A stretch of DNA of 64,000 nt from Setoptus koraiensis (lineage: Eukaryota; Animalia; Arthropoda). The notes under the pieces are model-generated. The model did no database searches and was not told the origin of the DNA. It saw nothing but the letters and a program-made list of their open reading frames with translations. The stretch lies in NCBI GenBank assembly GCA_048013815.1, contig CM106586.1:18600001-18664000 (forward strand), in the 5' to 3' direction. This document shows, in pieces, positions 36,072 through 50,400 of this stretch. A program made the translations under genes and the position numbers. Numbering within the stretch: position 1 is the stretch's first letter; each line of letters begins with the position of its first letter.

Positions 36072-37604
36072 ATGCCCCAGATCAAAATGTTCATCATCAC
36101 CTTTCTGGTGTGTGTTGGTCTGACCTACACGTCTCACGCTCAAGCTGTCAGCACGGATTGGTGTGTTAATTCAGTGAAACAGATAAAGACAATTCCTGCA
36201 TTTCTAGAATTTGCAGAGACAGCCATCAGAAACGATGGGGTAGATGCGTTGAGCGAGGAGAAAATTAGTATCCTCAACAAGTGTATTCGCAGCTCATATG
36301 CATTCGGTGATATCCGGGCGTTGAAAGAAATAGTGGAGCAAGCTGGAACAGTTCACTCCGTTTGCGAGCCTGCCTTTGCAGATGAACTGCTGAAATTAGA
36401 CTCACAATTGAAAAACAATGTCAGTCACGGTAAATATTTGAAACGCAAACAAAAGAATAGACTGGCCCGCTTCTTAAGACTATTTGCCGGTCAAGTTGCC
36501 CTTACGTGTAAAAAATCTTTGGCACAAAAACTGCAATCAGCTGAGGATACTAATGTCGAGTTGCTAGCGAGTTTGTACACAGTGATTGCAAAGTCTGACG
36601 TAGACGTGGTGAAACTCGATGAAATTCAGGCTGACAAGAATCTTCCAAAAAGCACGCGCAAGCTGCTGAGTCTCGCCATCAAATACAACCCTTACGTGTT
36701 CACACGAGTAGAAAATCTCGTACTAACTGAATCGCTGAAACCAACACCAGAATCTGAATTTTCCATGGGCATGACATTGAGCTCGCAGAGCATGGTCGAC
36801 GACTATGTAAAAGTCAAGAAGGCGTGCATGGTGATTGATCAATTTTCTCAAAGCTCGATGCACACAATAGCTCGGCTCGCTTGGAAAGGATACGTTGCAC
36901 GAAGCGACGCTGAAAACTTGGATAGAAGCCTTAGCGACGATCCAAGGGTCCAAAAATGGATTAGAGCCGTGCAATTCTGTCAAGGTGTTCTTATAATTGA
37001 AGCAAATGTAGATCTAGAGAGCGACATCGTAGACAAGGAGGCGCTGAATGATGAGGGTATATTCACAGTCAATCTAGGCAAAATAGGTCATTTGAGGAAA
37101 CCGGCGTACAAATTTGAGCAAGTCGACAATTTCAACTCGTTCGATACGGATCTAAAATGTTACACACAAACGAAGGGACTGACAGGATGGCTGCAGAAAC
37201 ACTTCTGTAACAGTGCAGAGCTTGCATTGTCGAAATATTTCAAGTTAAATGTCCTGGACGAATCAATCAAGCGATCGTTGATGGAAAACCAAGAGGACCC
37301 AGAAAAAGATGTCCAATTCGGCGGTTCCTCTACAGGTATCTCTCTGGCCAGTCATGCAACTGGTCACGCCGCAGCACACACTGCTAGTATTTTTGGTTTA
37401 CATATTAGCCATGCTGCTGGGGTGGCTGTTAATTTCGCTGTGATTATCGGGATAATTTCGCTGGGTGTCCTCGTTGCCGGTTTAGTAGCTCTCGGTCTAA
37501 TCCGCGGAAATCGTAAACAACGTCATGGAACCTATGATACCTCTCAAGAAGGAGCCCAGCCTGCTCCTGATGACACTCGTCCCCTGGGAGGCCTTTGGTT
37601 TTAG
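36072..37604 (+). CDS. Uncharacterised type I membrane protein, paralog 2 (510 aa)
   Basis: Core nearly identical to paralog 1 but a different TM and tail. TATAAAT at 35908. Confidence 0.85.
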   Translation: MPQIKMFIITFLVCVGLTYTSHAQAVSTDWCVNSVKQIKTIPAFLEFAETAIRNDGVDALSEEKISILNKCIRSSYAFGDIRALKEIVEQAGTVHSVCEPAFADELLKLDSQLKNNVSHGKYLKRKQKNRLARFLRLFAGQVALTCKKSLAQKLQSAEDTNVELLASLYTVIAKSDVDVVKLDEIQADKNLPKSTRKLLSLAIKYNPYVFTRVENLVLTESLKPTPESEFSMGMTLSSQSMVDDYVKVKKACMVIDQFSQSSMHTIARLAWKGYVARSDAENLDRSLSDDPRVQKWIRAVQFCQGVLIIEANVDLESDIVDKEALNDEGIFTVNLGKIGHLRKPAYKFEQVDNFNSFDTDLKCYTQTKGLTGWLQKHFCNSAELALSKYFKLNVLDESIKRSLMENQEDPEKDVQFGGSSTGISLASHATGHAAAHTASIFGLHISHAAGVAVNFAVIIGIISLGVLVAGLVALGLIRGNRKQRHGTYDTSQEGAQPAPDDTRPLGGLWF

Positions 37605-39032
37605 CGACAAGAACAAAGTTGTATCATTCATCGTGTTTTAAAGTAATAATGAGGGTGCCTGATCCATACCAAATATTCTCTATGTCCGGCTCTATTACTA
37701 TAAAATTTTCTAGGCCCGACCTTTGCATGCCGAAAATAAATGCAGGTCCAATTCGTCCGCCACGCTGTCTCGAACTTTTTGACATATTTCCGACGCTGCT
37801 GTAGTGGCTGGAGAGATATCAGCGCTGACCATGAGATCATAATTACGGCACTCGTCAATAGCTAAAACAGTGGCCAGAGCAGACGAAAATAGTCTGGCAC
37901 ATTTGTGACGACAAAACGAGTCGAATATCAGCAATAATTATGCCACTCAACGAGGTTGGTAATTTGTATACAAAGTGAGTAGGTTTATTCAGTCATTCAA
38001 ATAACAATGTTATCTATGCCATCTGTACAAATTAAAGTTTAATTTGAGATCGTTCTTCTCTTTTCCTTTTATCTTTTTTTTATTCAAAATCGGATACAGA
38101 TACAATACGCGCATAGTAGTTATATCTAATGTTTATATTCTCATGATTCAATAGGTGTATTATCGTCGGAAAAGCTTTTCACGGTTGTTCATTCTTTTGA
38201 ATTTGGAAATCATCAATTGTGGAAATTTCGCGAATTTTCAGTGTGTTTTGCCGATTTCAGTTCCATGTATGTTCAATGGGTTTGCAGCGACTGTCAAACA
38301 TCTATATGGGATCCTAAAATGTTTCGCTTCGTTTCGTTCCCATTCGATTCATTTAATTCATTCGGTCGACTATTTCGGTTGTTCGAATTGGTTCGATCAT
38401 CAAAGAAATGAAATTCTTCAGCTCCTGGCCATCAGTGCCGGTAATTACATAATATGCTGATGTTGACATGTAGTTGTGATTATTATTGTTGATATCAGTA
38501 GTTGATTCGTTGACTAGATTGACAATCAATATAATTTTATAAATATTTATACACGATCACAATTTGTGATCACAAGGTGTGCGATATCAACGCGCTTGTC
38601 TTGTGCTGTTTTCCAAAATCTTGTTGATGGTTTCAACGTCTAAAACAAATACAATTTCTGTACTTGAGATCACGGATCGGTCGGTCGGTCGGTCAGCTCC
38701 AATTGATGGTGGTCCTTAGATACAGTTCAGCTCTTGCCAACGTTCGCAACGTTCTACCAATCAAATCAATAGATTTGGATAGATTTGATTAGCGAAAAGG
38801 GAGATAGTTTTGCTTCTATTTTTGTTGTTCACATTTTCATAATTTCATGAGCATTGCAGGCATCCGCATCGCGAGCGCATTTTTCCCTAGACTCAGATCA
38901 AGTACCTTCTTTGTTGTTTGCACTATGAATCGTACTTGTTGTTGGTTATGTTATGTAATCTAGTGAAACAGTTTTGTTCGGGTCTGATATGCGATTATCG
39001 TTATGGAATGTAAACTACCAATTATCCACCAT

Positions 39033-41264
39033 TCATTCGTCGTTGCCTTTTCGCGCCCACCTAAGCAATGTATCGGCTAAAATGTCCAAATGTGATTTAG
39101 TCTGTTGTTTGTAGAGTTTCGTTTTGTATTATTTTGTTGTTTATGTTGTTAATAACAAAGCGAATAGCGAATGAAAGTCAGTGATTAGTTATTGTGTTTG
39201 TCTGCTTCTCGAGTGAAAACTGAATCATATCAATTTTGCTGAAATCGATTTCACATGAGCTGAGATATACTTACCGCCTTGTAGAACATACACAACTTCC
39301 TGTCTTCGTCTTCTCGACCTGGACAATCGTAGTAGCCATCACAGATTTCATGATCCATTATGCATTTATATCCTGCCGCGTCTTTGCTTGGACAGGCGAA
39401 CCTATCGAGGCCTTGCATGGGACCAGTTTCCAGAACGGGACACACTAGATTGATTGTGGGATTGGTTGTAATAAAGTGTAATTGTGATACAGCACGATTA
39501 GAGTCGTTCGCATATGACACAGTTTAGTAGTTATTTAGTTTAGTCGTCGCACCTCGACTCGAGTGTTTGAAAAAATAGTGCGCTCAAACCTTCTGTCACT
39601 TCTTGTCTGTTTATCGCAAAGAAAAATTTGAAATCATTGATATCGTAGTGTTTTTGCATTCGAGAAATCGCCCCAACGTTCGGCCGGCCAACACTAATTG
39701 CAACAACAATAAGCCATGTATGTAGCGAGATATTGTCACATCATTATAATCACTATCATCGTGTATCGTTATTATTATTATTATCATTACTATTATCGTC
39801 ATTATTATTATTTATAGTGAGATGCTGTCATCGTTGTTTGTTTGTGCGGTTGCCCTTGCAACGGGGCCCGCAAACAGCCGCTCGGCTCGGCAGCCAACAA
39901 AAGTGGCTAGCCACTGTAACTGTATCAGAATGCATTGGGCCTATTCGGGGCAAGAACACATGCATAAACGAACTGCATTACATAATACATATTTCATTTA
40001 TCTAGCTGCCAACAGCCGTAGTCACTTTGGCCGGCGTTATTTTGACAGATGCGAATTAAATAACATAGTCATGGTGAGTATAGTAATAATGGTGAGTTGC
40101 GGCACTGCGCTTGCAACCATGTTTCGATAGTATAGAAACATGTCGGGAATATAGATATGGCCAACTAAACAATGTTAAATTGATATATATACCTGGCGGT
40201 AACATGCCCCATGCATATCGCACCGTGTCGCGTATGTGAGGCGCATCGCGGGCCATTTGTGAGTGGGGCAACGGAGCGAATACACGGCTAAAACTTAATC
40301 TGGATTAATGCATAGTCATTAATCTAGATACAAGCTATGCGTAGGTGGCTGGTTTCTGTCACGTGTGATGCAAACAAAACAAGTTTCTTTGCATGCCGTT
40401 ATACTTGTCTCGCCGCATGAACGTGCCAGTGTGTGTGTGTGTGCTGAAAACCGTATGATATATCGTATTGGTGGTGCTAGAAAATAGTGCCAATAAAGAA
40501 TAATAAACTGAGAAAAAGAGCCCCGTGTGGCCCTTGTTGGCTGTTGCATGATGGCTCGCGCCAATAGATGCAAAAGAATTATTTTCATTCATTATTCGCG
40601 CTTCGCTTACTTGTTAGAGCCCCACCGAAAACACACTAACACAGTAAATTACTGGAGCCGTTGTCAGCTTTTGCACGAGCCTTGTTTTCATAACGCGATG
40701 CGATCCACAATCCGGCCAGCGGCCATTGAGAGGACCACCCAACGGCTCAGGTGAGCCCCGTGTGCGCCACACTGGCCACACATGAGCATTTGCATTTTTT
40801 TATTGGCCCCAAACTAACTAAACTAACTAAACAACTGGCTATATTGATTGGTTGTTGCTGTTGTTTACGCCACACAACTCAACTTGTTTGCTAATAACTG
40901 GTGACGTTATTATTGCACAAGTTGATTAACTGGACCAATGAGTTTCGCACTTGCTCGATTGAGAAACTCTGCTGACATCGACGAAACGCTGGTGTTAATC
41001 AATTGCAGTCAATAATTAGCCCGCTTGTTTGTTTGTTTGCAGGCCGTCTTGGCCACAGTGAGCGGCGATCGCCGGTCATCGCTATGGCCAGTGCTGACCA
41101 GCGACCGGTGCTTGAAAGCGCTTTGTAGCCAGACACAAAAACAGCATTGGTGCCATTATGCAACGCGGGCACTTCTTTTTGTCCTGTTTGCTAAGTTGTC
41201 TTGATGACGCAATAATTACGCGCCCATTATTGTGATTAGTTTGAATTGGGGCATGATGCAATGC

Positions 41265-41347
<83 letters not shown>

Positions 41348-44300
41348 CCGCCACAACAACAACTTCGTAGTAGCGGCAACAGCAACAACAAAAACAGCTG
41401 CACTATAAATTGAATCACTTGACCACCATTCATTCAATTACAGCTAAACACAGTTATTGATTATGATGTAATGGCAACAACAACAATAGCATCTCTCTGT
41501 TGCGCAACCTGATTAAGCCATAATATAATCATCGTTGGGCATGTTACATCATCACACGCGACTCATACCCACTAAACTAATTAGTTGTAGTTGGCCGGCC
41601 ACACAAGATGACATATTATTTTTTTGTTTTTGTTTTTTTTTTATTTTTATTTTTGTTTTTGTTTTATATTTATATTGAATTGTAATTATATCAAGATAAA
41701 CTATATTGCGTCACTTATCACACACACACACACACAACAGCAAGTGAGTGTGCCGATGACGTAATGACGTTGATTAAGCTGATTTTTGTTGTTATCGGCA
41801 TGCGCAATTTGATTAAGGACAAGACAGCAATGCAAGCGACAGTTAATTGACAGTGATAATATTCACTGTGTGCAATATTTGCACCATGTGTCCTATATAT
41901 ACATTACGGTATATATACTACCAGTATACTACTAGTATAATACTAGGCTAGCTTGTCATGCTAGTTAGTGCTGCATCCAAGCAAATGCCATTGATATTGC
42001 GCACCCAACTTATGAGTTAATCTGTCCATTGATAATGAGTTGATCAGTGATCAGTGCCAGCAACACACTGACTGTTGCGCAATTATCTGCATAATCGACT
42101 TAACAGCAGCAGCATCGGTCCTCAGTTGTAGTCCGCAGTTGAGTGGCCCTAAAGCGCCAGCTCTCACATTAATCACTTGCTTGCGTAACCGCTTTACTGT
42201 TACCGTTATCCAAGCGCCATAGTGACGGTAAAACGGAGTTGTTGTTGTTGTGAGCTGGCGCGCGCAATTGTGGGGGCGCCCGCACCACATTCAATTGACG
42301 CCAATAAGTGACCGGCACGGTATATTGTGTCGTGTGCCGGTCATTATTGTAGCATGTGTTATATGTGTCTACTGATGCAACAACCGATGTTGTGTTTGTC
42401 ACAAGTCACTCTCAAAAGGCATCAAACCGGACACGGCCCGGACATTAGGCAAATTGACATTGGCCAATAAATAGTGTGCCGGCCAAAATGGTTTAAACCC
42501 CTGACCTTCATTGTTGGAATGGCTATAATCAAGTAAAAAAGCTCAAAAGTAATATTGCAATGGGGCCGTAATTCACTTTACCTTCATCGGACACGACGAA
42601 CGTACTGGTGTGATTGTGACTTTATTTATAGTTTGATGCTTGCTGACGCTCGGCTGTTCAGGGTCGAATAGTTGGGGTTTGTTTGTTTGTGCCGATAATG
42701 AGCACACTTATATTATTGATATTGATACACAACAACAACAACAACAACAACAACAACGACAACACCAACAAGCGGCGGGTCAAGCCAGCAGTAATACAGT
42801 AACAAAGTAGATTAAATTGGGCGACTTTACAGCCTGACAGCTCGAGGGAACGGGCAAGTGTCACGTCAGTGTCATGATATTAATGACTCATATTGTGGGT
42901 ATTATCATTTAGCGAGTTGTTGGTTGCACGACAGCACGACGGCACGACGACACGACGGCGAGCAACTGCATCACAACAAGTGTAGCGACTAGCATCCCGT
43001 CATACGTATCTCTCGAACAAAGATCCCAACAACAGTCGGCTAAAGATAGCGTCTGACGGCGTTACAACAATATGTTGTATAACTCTATCCACACGGTGCA
43101 TGCACCACCACAACCGCCACAACAACAACAACAGCAACAACAACCGAAACAACAACCGAAACAACAACAACCGAAACAACAACAACAGCAACAACAACCG
43201 AAACAACAACCGAAACAACAACCGAAACAACAACAGCAGCAACAACAGCAGCAACAACAACAGACAGTGAGGTTAGTATGCATGTAGTGTCCGGCAAACA
43301 ATGATGACACTGACAATGTGAGCACCTTGTGCTGAGCCATCTCAGCTGGCGCCATCACGCCGTCACTGGCTGCAAAGTTGTGTGCGGTCGTTAGTTACGT
43401 AACCCCCCGTTGATTGATAGTGGGCGCCACTCGGAACTAGCATCAATCACAAGCGTGGGCGATTGGTCGCTTGGCCGCTCTTTCTGGCTCGTTGTGGGTT
43501 GTGGGGCCCCCTCTCGCTGCTGCATCGGGTCGCAAAAGTTGCAGTTGCCCTTTGGCGCCCCCTAACACTGGCCCTGACAAACAACACGCCAGTTATGTCA
43601 GCGTGCGTGTCTCGGATAAAATAAGCTAAATTTGCAACAACTTTGTGCTCTATTTTTATCCCTCGTCTCTAGACAATGTATTCATGTGTAGAGTATTTAC
43701 GCGAGCGCCAACATGTACGACCGACCTCATTATCTGTAGTGTAGCTTGCCGGCACGCGCTCGCCTGACCTCAGCGCGCTGCGTTATTCACAACATATTAC
43801 GAGACACTCATGCAGCTGATTGAACAGCTGTTGTTGATTGTGGCAAGAGCATCGAGCATTTTGCCGGCGGATCTTTTCACGCGGCCAAAAACAAACTTGC
43901 TTACCGTGCAATTTACAACAACAACAACAACAAGTCACCACCAGCCACCTTGCCAGAAATTGCTCGTCTGGCAAGACGACGAAATGCAGATGAGCGGTGG
44001 ACAATACAAAGTAATACAAAGTTGTAATACAAAGTTTGTATCATGTTATTTCATTGATGGGTGGCTGGCGCAAAAGTGTCAGATAGAAGCCGGAATTGGA
44101 TTCGGATTCGGAGGGTGCTAGTCGCGCTCTTGGGACTCTTTGACCGGTGCAGTCCGGTGCATCATTCCGAAAGGATTACTTGTTGTGCCAACAATGGCGC
44201 GACAACCACATCTCTTGCATCGATGCTTGGAGCTGCCGCGAAAAAACTTGAGCAACAAACTTGTCTCACTCGTAATATTTTCGCTCCACTCAACGGTACG

Positions 44301-46477
44301 CACCAGTTACGTAACAGTGACCAGCGCCCTTGAGTACGTAATAATGTGACAGTAATACACACAAACAACTTTTGGGTACGTGCTGGGCAACATGATGCCG
44401 ACATGCGTACTGCGCCAACATAAAGCGACAACAGCGACACTGTTACTACGTGTACGTGTTATAGTTTTTTGCTAACGGTCTCGCTATTTGTTGTGTAACA
44501 TTTGTGCGCGTGTGTTATACTTGTATATAAATGTGTGTGTGTGCGTGTGTGTGTGTGCAAGTGAAGTGAGTGCATGACGACATGTCATTGTCATTGTCGT
44601 CGCTGCTGTTGTTGCTGCTGTTGCACGTTATAGGTATCGCAAGCGCCACAAAGAGCTAGCTTGCCAAAACATAATACTCTCGGCTCAAAATGGTGGGCGG
44701 GCTGGCCCGCTGGATCATTAATAAATAAATAAAAATAAAACGCAGCCAGATATGAGTCGCACGCTTGCACCACGAGAGGCCCGCTCAATTCGGCCAGGCG
44801 CACATGCTGGTCAAGCGCCTTTCTGGCCGGCTGGCTTGTCGACTGACTGGCCGGCTGGCTTGTCGACTGACTGGCCGACAGGCCGGCTGGCTGGCGTGCT
44901 GTGTCGGGGCCCTGGTGGTGTGCACAAAAAATGTTTACAATTCTCGTTGCGCTCTCTATTATTTCTATTAATATCTCCCATCAAGTGATACTTGGACGAC
45001 ATGTGACTCGGCGGCCCGCCACTAACACTAACTAACCATGTGTAATTTAACTCTCGGATTTAATACTTGGCTGCAACTTTCAACTAGAGGCTTCATTTTT
45101 CTCTTCACATTGTCGCACAGTGTCCGTCGGTCACCAAATGTCGGCACCAAATGTCACAATGGGGCCCACATTCACGCTGAAATGTCGGGCCCGGCAGTTG
45201 TAAGCTCAGCAATTAGGTCTGGCGCGATCTCCGGAAATCTAATCACTCGACCGGTGCTCATTAGTGTCACGTGTTTGCAGGCAAAAGCCCCCGCTCAAGA
45301 TAAACTATTGCGGCCTACACTGGCGAGCCTAAGATAACATAAATCTCGCACATAACAACAATATATAAATCTCTGGTTGGTGTGAGTGTGTTGCGTAACC
45401 ATGTAGCCAACTGGCGACTGTGAGGCTTTGAGTGATTTCTTCTGGTTAGACAACAAGCGTGATGTGTGCTTGCAAAATCATAATAATAGTTGCGCGCCGC
45501 TAGGTGGTGTTTGTTTTTCCAGGTGACAGAATTGTGTGTGGCCACAGTAAACAACAACAACAACAACAACATATGTGCCGTGTGTGGTGCCCGCATAGTA
45601 GGGGGCGCTTTTTGGCTTTTTTTCGTTTTTTTTTTCTTGTCGAGGCGGGGAGGGGCGAACGGGCGGACGGGCGGTCGAAAACACCAGAATGTTTGGTTGG
45701 TTTGGGGTTAATTCGCTCGGAATCGGCCCAATTCGCCGCTTGATCGTTGTTCGGGTAACGAACCGGTAGAGCGTGACCAGACTTTTCCAGACAACAAATT
45801 CACTGGTGCGAAATAGTGTTAACTCAATTTAGCGCTACTCATCTTGTTGGCTAGCTCGCTCGCTCGCTACCTAGCAACAAATAACCCGTTAGCGGCAAGC
45901 GAAGTAACACTAAATAACAAGAGTAAATTAACAGTGTGAAGGGCGCGTGTCTCAAGCGAGTGGCGCTGTCTCAAGATGTTAATAAACTTGCGGAGAGTTC
46001 TTCGCAGTTCTTTGCAGTTCCTCGCAGTTCTTCGCAGTTCTTTGCAGTTCTTCGCATTACATGAGAACGCGCGCGGGTTCCTCGAACGGCCAGCTCCCCT
46101 GGCGGCCAGTAACGGGGCCCATCACTTATTATTTAATACTCTGCGCTGTTTATGTTGCGGGCGCGCGTATCAAATCGCGCGTTAGGTGCACTTTCTCTCA
46201 TCGTTTTCTGTCTATGTCATTGTTTTGTTGCGTGGGAGTAGCGTTCGCAAGCATCAACATCAAAGTGGCTCAATCTCAGCCGTGGCCAATCAAAGGGCCC
46301 CAAGGAGCGGCCAGGGCCTGTTTGCTGCCTCGATGAGCGCGTCTCGCCATTGCCTCGCGCTGTCGGCCGCTTTCTCGAGTTGTAACAATTAATTAGGCCC
46401 GCAGCGCTCATATTACTTGATATAACTTTCACTGTTTGGCGGTCACTTTGGCAATACCAGCAACAGCAACAACAACG

Positions 46478-46545
<68 letters not shown>

Positions 46546-47369
46546 AAATACCAAATACTGACTCGCGTGTCACACGGGCCGGCAAAAATACATGCGAGTC
46601 TTCATTCTAGGGCTCACACAGCGAGCTACAACACAGCTGTACGGTGCCCAGCTAGCTTAGCCGCACAGAAAAAGAGAAATGGCCCCCACCGGAAGTGAAC
46701 AGATGCGTGGGTGGTGACTGCTTAAAATATAACGGCGCACACACGCATGAAAAGCTATTGTTAGCTTGCGCACTGACCATATATCACCATCGTGATTAAA
46801 GTGCATTAACGTCGATAACCGTGCCAATACCGATTAGTGGCACGGCCATCTAGCTTGCCCGCTATTGTGTGCCCAGTGGCACTAGCCACCATTGTTTCTG
46901 ATAGGGCATTCGCATAGCATTATTACATCACGCCGTTATATGACGCGTGCGGCATCCAGTCTAGCCTAGCCGGCTCACCATGGATAGATTGCGGCTGATA
47001 GCGGTCGCTGGCCATTACGACCTACTGGCCTGGCGCTGACCACTTTGGTCCCAGATCATTGTTATGATTATTACTGTTATTATTGTTGGTATTATAGCGG
47101 CAGTGATATAGTAGCGGAGGGAAGTGGGCTCGAAGGGCCCTATAGGCAGATATAGCTGTAGCAGGGGCTGCAGCGCTGGCGTCGCATATTCGAGTGTTTG
47201 TCGCGAAAACTGGCTCGAAAACCATTCAGCTCAACAACTATTCAATTGGCTATTTCTAACACGATGACTACGCCAGCAACAACGACAACAACCGACAACA
47301 GCCAGCTCAAGTGGCCTGGCGCTTATCTGGCGATCGAGATATGCAAGCGCCGCCAATACTGTCAAGTGC

Positions 47370-47411
<42 letters not shown>

Positions 47412-50400
47412 CTACAAACAATTGCTATTTACCTGTGCGACTTGTTTTGTGTTGGCGCCCTCACCGCTGTGGCCCCGATCACACCTGTTCTGGCGTTGTT
47501 TGCTTTTCTTCTGTAACACAACAAATATAATAGCAGTGATATGAATCTATTGAATCATCAATTGGGCCCCCGCGCTAAACCGGCCCCACGCCAATGCTAA
47601 CACAAACAGCATAGAAAAGCAAAGCGGAAGCAAAGTCAATCTGACTGCCGGGCTCAGGCCAGCAGCGCACTGGATCAATAGAAAGCGTTACTCTTTTTAG
47701 AAATTGTTTATTGGTTGGCGCTTGTTTGTTCTGGTGGCTGGTGTGACCCGGCAATCTCCACTTGTTCTCAAATGCAGCGGCATTACTACTAATTCAGCGC
47801 CGTCTAGCTCATATCACGCAAGTGGGCTTAAACATGAACTCCATCTAGCCACCCTAATATCCACACAAGTGGCTGCCGGCGAGCCGGCAGTAGCCAGCCA
47901 TTTCTTCTACATTGTTTGAGCTGGCTCTATTCTCACCTGAGGCGTTTTTTTTTTCAGTTGAACTCGCCTTTTGCAACCATATACTGTGGTTGGTATAGTC
48001 ACTGGAAAGAGCCCATCAGCACTATACAGTCTGTCTTAGTGAAACATAGAGCAAAAGAAAAGAAATCGCTGCCAGCCAGATCATAATAAGTTGTATACAA
48101 AAGGATATGTTCGTTTGTTGGTTGACCATTTTCCCATAATCAACGAGAGATTGCGCCACCTTAAAACAACGACGCCCGCTCCTGTTATTATATGCTCGCT
48201 GAAACACATAATAAATAACGAGATTGATTATTATTATTATTGATTATGTTTGTTTGCTTGTTCGTTGGGTGCTGACAAACACCCGATTGGCCCAATCACC
48301 TTTTTGTGTCGAGCTTTTCGCGCCCTCAATCACTGGTTATTTGCATATTCGCTGACGCAATCAGCATACACACATAGATGACTAGAAGCTTATTCACGCG
48401 AGCTCTCTTTAATTGGGCACATAAAAAAAAAATAAATAAATAATATTGCTGCTGCTGCTTTTGTCGTTGTTGTTGTCGCTGTTGTTGTTTTTTGTTAGAG
48501 GGCCACAATTAAAGTTTGTCAGCCATTGCACAATTGCGCAATGTGCAATCAAAACAATTATGGCTGCTTGAGCTCATCGCTTGACTGATTACTGGCTGTT
48601 TAGGCCCACTTAACCATTGAGTGAGCTTATTGTTATTATTATCATTCAGTGTGCCATCAAAGGTCGTCTGGACTCAACCAACAAACAATAATACCAACCG
48701 GCCAGAAGATTAACAAAGGTCTCAATTAAGTGCACTTGGGTCCCCATTAAGCTGTCTATTTAATGGTCACTTGAGATTATCTTGTCCAGTCTAACTATAT
48801 CCACCCATTCGGTTTTTTCGTACAGGTACACAATTGCTCAGTGTCTATTAAGCTTGACCAGATCAATCAATTTATTTTCACCCGGTGCTCAACAACTATG
48901 CAGCATGAGCTGCACGGGTTCTCTTTTTTTGGGTTCACAGTTAGCGCCTCTCGTTAGCCCATTCGTTCCCAGTTCGAAAGGTTGAACTAGCCCGTTTTTA
49001 TTACGTTTTCCAGAATATTTTCCAAAAGGCTATTTAGATTGGTTCGTACACTGCCGTCTCACCGAAATTACGTTAATTTGTGCAACAAAAAAAAGGAGAA
49101 AATGAAACATCAGTATTATAGGATGCGTCGAGCATCCAATCTTCAAGAAAAAAAAGAAACTAACACACAAGTCAGAATAGAATATGATTCACTCGTTCCG
49201 ACATAATATAGCAGTAAGTTTCTCCAAACGCGAGCGAACAAACCAACAAAAACAGCGAGCAAACAGATGGCTGTTTTCAGACCGGAAATTGTTTCGCTGC
49301 CAGAGACAGGTGCAATCGGAAGTTGGAGAGACCTTTGAAAAATTTTTCTGGAAAGCGCTTGTTCGCAGAAAAGTGAAGGGAAGCCAACCTTCAGAAAATT
49401 CGATTGCACGGTATAAATTGGATTGTTGACCCTCCAAGCCATTCTTCGATGAAAATTTTCGGAGCTAAATGTTGGGTCCGCAACTAATTTTCACCAGAAA
49501 ATTCAAAATTTCTAATGAATCTTAAGAACCGGCACAACAAATCATTTTCTCATACCTGGAATGGTTGTCGAGGTGTATCTGCTGGCATATTGAGATTTTT
49601 GTTGATAAGATCGCGAATGTTCCAGGAAAGGTTTTTTTTTCTTAGAATGATTTACGCTATTCAAGTCTTATGCAAACTGGTGTTGTCAGATTGTGGAAGA
49701 TAAAAACCTTTTATCGATCTAACAACAGCGAGACAACATCGAAAACAGCTCAATTTTAAAACTAAAAAAACATTTTCAGGTCATTTTCCTGAAATTTGCC
49801 TCCGAATGTCATGGCATCAAAGGAAATTCGGAGAAAATGGAAGCCAATTTCTAGCAGAGGGCCGAGTCTGGTTAGCCGCAGCTCAAGCCAGAGTTAGCCA
49901 GTTGTTGGACAAGTTTCGACCACAATGACGCTACTGTGTTAACGCGACCATCACGATTGTCTCAGGTCTAGTAGTTTCTCGAATCGAGAGAGTTTCCAGT
50001 TGTGTTTCCGGACTGGCCGTGCTGGCGCTTGAGCGCAGCCTATTTTTGCCATGATTGTTATGCAACAAAAAGAAAAAGAGAAAGAAAAGGAAGAGTTGCA
50101 TAATAATGAATGCGTGCTTACAACAAATCAACTTGATCACTCACAAACTAACAATTCGCACACTCACTAACAGTCAGTCGGACAGACAGAGCCTTGTCTG
50201 GCTGTTAATCTCGCCAAGACCGCTATACTACTGCTTATATATTTATATATATACGATCATATGTTGTTTGTGATGGTATGTTGTTGTCAGTGGCGATGAT
50301 AATGTGTGATGTTATGAACAAGTGTCTGCGCAAACGAATGAAACGGACGAGTGGCCGCCTACAACTTGCTCACATAAACTTGCTGCGCTTAAGCTGTCTC

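Noticed and set aside
41082-46585. Poly-Cys, poly-Val, poly-Leu and poly-Gln ORFs as metallothionein- or keratin-like genes
   Set aside because: They are translations of (CAA)n microsatellites, which lack stops in any frame.
48900-49900. Compositionally distinct intron segment as a DNA transposon
   Set aside because: No TIRs, TSD or transposase motif could be found.
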